Shown: piece after piece, positions 62,805-64,000 of the stretch | Position numbering within the stretch: position 1 is the stretch's first letter | How the letters are laid out: every line of letters begins with the position of its first letter | Source of the DNA: an uncultured Actinomyces sp. | GTDB taxonomy: Bacteria > Actinomycetota > Actinomycetes > Actinomycetales > Actinomycetaceae | Length of the DNA: 64,000 nt | Direction: 5' to 3' | Assembly: GCA_963536345.1 (NCBI GenBank) | Contig: CAUTAH010000005.1 | Coordinates: 7,898-71,897 of the forward strand | Program-made: the position numbers and the translations under genes | Notes under the pieces: generated by a model | Seen by the model: only the letters and a program-made list of their open reading frames with translations | Told to the model about the DNA's origin: nothing | Database searches by the model: none

Positions 62805-63296
62805 ATGAAGGTTTTGCTGACTGCAGCTTCGCAGCATGGTGCAACCACAGAAGTTGCAGAGGCGATTGCTCGCAGGCTGAAGGCTGACGGCCTCGAGGTT
62901 GTCTGCAAACCGCCGCAAGACGTTGACTCTCTTGAGGGATTTGACGCTGTTATTTGCGGTTCTGCTGTCTACATGACTCAGTGGATGCCCGCCGCCCATG
63001 ATTTTATGGAGCGTTTTGCGCAGGAACTGCACAAGGTTCCGGTGTGGGCTTTTTCCGTCGGCATGAACGGTGTCCCCAAGCATGTCCCGCAGGATCCCAG
63101 TCGGATTGGTCCTGTGCTGACGCGTATCGATGCGAAGGAGTTGCGTTCTTTTGCGGGACGCTACGATCCTTCTCTTCTTTCGCTTCGTGAGAGGGCGATC
63201 GTTCGCCTCGCGGGTGCAGTGGAAGGCGATTTCCGTGATTGGGATGCAATTGATGAATGGACTCACGGCATTGCTCAAGAGCTGACACGTCAATAA
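62805..63296 (+). CDS. Flavodoxin-domain protein (HemG-like)
   Basis: ASQHGATTEVA FMN loop, GSAVY, DFRDWDAIDEW. Confidence 0.85.
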   Translation: MKVLLTAASQHGATTEVAEAIARRLKADGLEVVCKPPQDVDSLEGFDAVICGSAVYMTQWMPAAHDFMERFAQELHKVPVWAFSVGMNGVPKHVPQDPSRIGPVLTRIDAKELRSFAGRYDPSLLSLRERAIVRLAGAVEGDFRDWDAIDEWTHGIAQELTRQ

Positions 63297-63325
63297 CTTT
63301 GATATTCCACGGTTGAATGTCGATG

Positions 63326-63369
63326 GAAGGGGGCCTATGCGATCCGATTTTCGCATAGGCCCCCTTTCT
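63326..63369 (+). terminator. Terminator after the flavodoxin gene
   Basis: AAGGGGGCCTATGCGA...TCGCATAGGCCCCCTTT. Confidence 0.8.
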
Positions 63370-63434
63370 TCCCTTATACTTGCCTGAACGGGAGTGGAGT
63401 CAACGTCGATTCGCGACTAATTAAGGGGATTTTG

Positions 63435-63950
63435 ATGTCATCTGAAGCGACACCGCAGACGAAGGCTGGGCGCCATGCAGCAATTCGCAATCTGTTAGTC
63501 TCCCAAACTATTAGTTCTCAGGAACAACTGCGTTCTGCTTTGGGGACTCTCGGTATTGAGGTCACCCAGGCAACTTTGTCGCGTGATCTTATGGAAATGC
63601 GCGCGACGAAAATGCGTGACCGCTCGGGTACGTTGATTTATTCGGTCCCTAACGCAGATGGTTCTCAATCGCACGAAGCTGAGGCCAGCGTTGAGCGCCT
63701 GCAGCGGTGGCTTCAGACCCTTCTTGTGACTTCAACCTGCGTAGGCAATCAATTGGTTTTGCGCACTCTGGTTGGCGCGGCAAACCTTTTGGGTTCAGCT
63801 CTCGATGTGGCTCGTATCGACGATGTCGTGGGAACAATCGCGGGTGACGACACGGTTTTGATCATCTGCACTTCCGATCAGGGAGCGCTCAACGCCCAGG
63901 AATATTTGACCTCTTTGGCCGGAGGCGGATCGCATCAAAGCGTCCTGTAA
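63435..63950 (+). CDS. argR: Arginine repressor
   Basis: SQEQL, TQATLSRDL, GTIAGDDT. Confidence 0.95.
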   Translation: MSSEATPQTKAGRHAAIRNLLVSQTISSQEQLRSALGTLGIEVTQATLSRDLMEMRATKMRDRSGTLIYSVPNADGSQSHEAEASVERLQRWLQTLLVTSTCVGNQLVLRTLVGAANLLGSALDVARIDDVVGTIAGDDTVLIICTSDQGALNAQEYLTSLAGGGSHQSVL

Positions 63951-64000
63951 GAGGCTGTTTTCTTGAAGAGAATTGCTGTGTAGAACATGCCCGTTAGCCG

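Overview
A mostly core-genome 64 kb segment of a GC-rich actinobacterium. Gene content and order suggest Actinomycetaceae, Schaalia/Actinomyces-like (inference). In order it holds: tandem Pro-rich membrane-protein paralogues, folC, dhaKLM, smc-ftsY-ffh, rpsP-khpA-rimM-trmD-rplS-lepB-rnhB, a yraN-comM-dprA-xerC transformation/recombination cassette with a convergent M23 gene, rpsB-tsf-pyrH-frr-cdsA-rlmN-dxr-rseP-ispG, proS, def, aspA, aceE, tRNA-Val, ndh, a LacI/GH38/GH5 mannoside locus, lipB-lipA plus an acyl-CoA ligase, RNase P RNA, ppgK-map-panB, pheST and argR. I saw no IS, prophage or CRISPR array. Most notable: (1) a 41-42 bp bipartite DnaA-box-containing motif repeated in inverted orientation upstream of both the yraN-comM-dprA operon and an M23 gene that lacks its Zn ligands, a candidate competence-regulon element; (2) an acyl-CoA ligase translationally coupled to lipB-lipA, with the fab cluster absent from its usual aceE site and an ACP carrying Ser->Thr at the attachment site; (3) a TrmD-GNAT fusion; (4) a deletion scar joining both ends of a lost sugar ABC transporter operon; (5) a DtxR/IdeR-like box on the ndh promoter. 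All calls come from reading the sequence and recalled family motifs; no searches were run.
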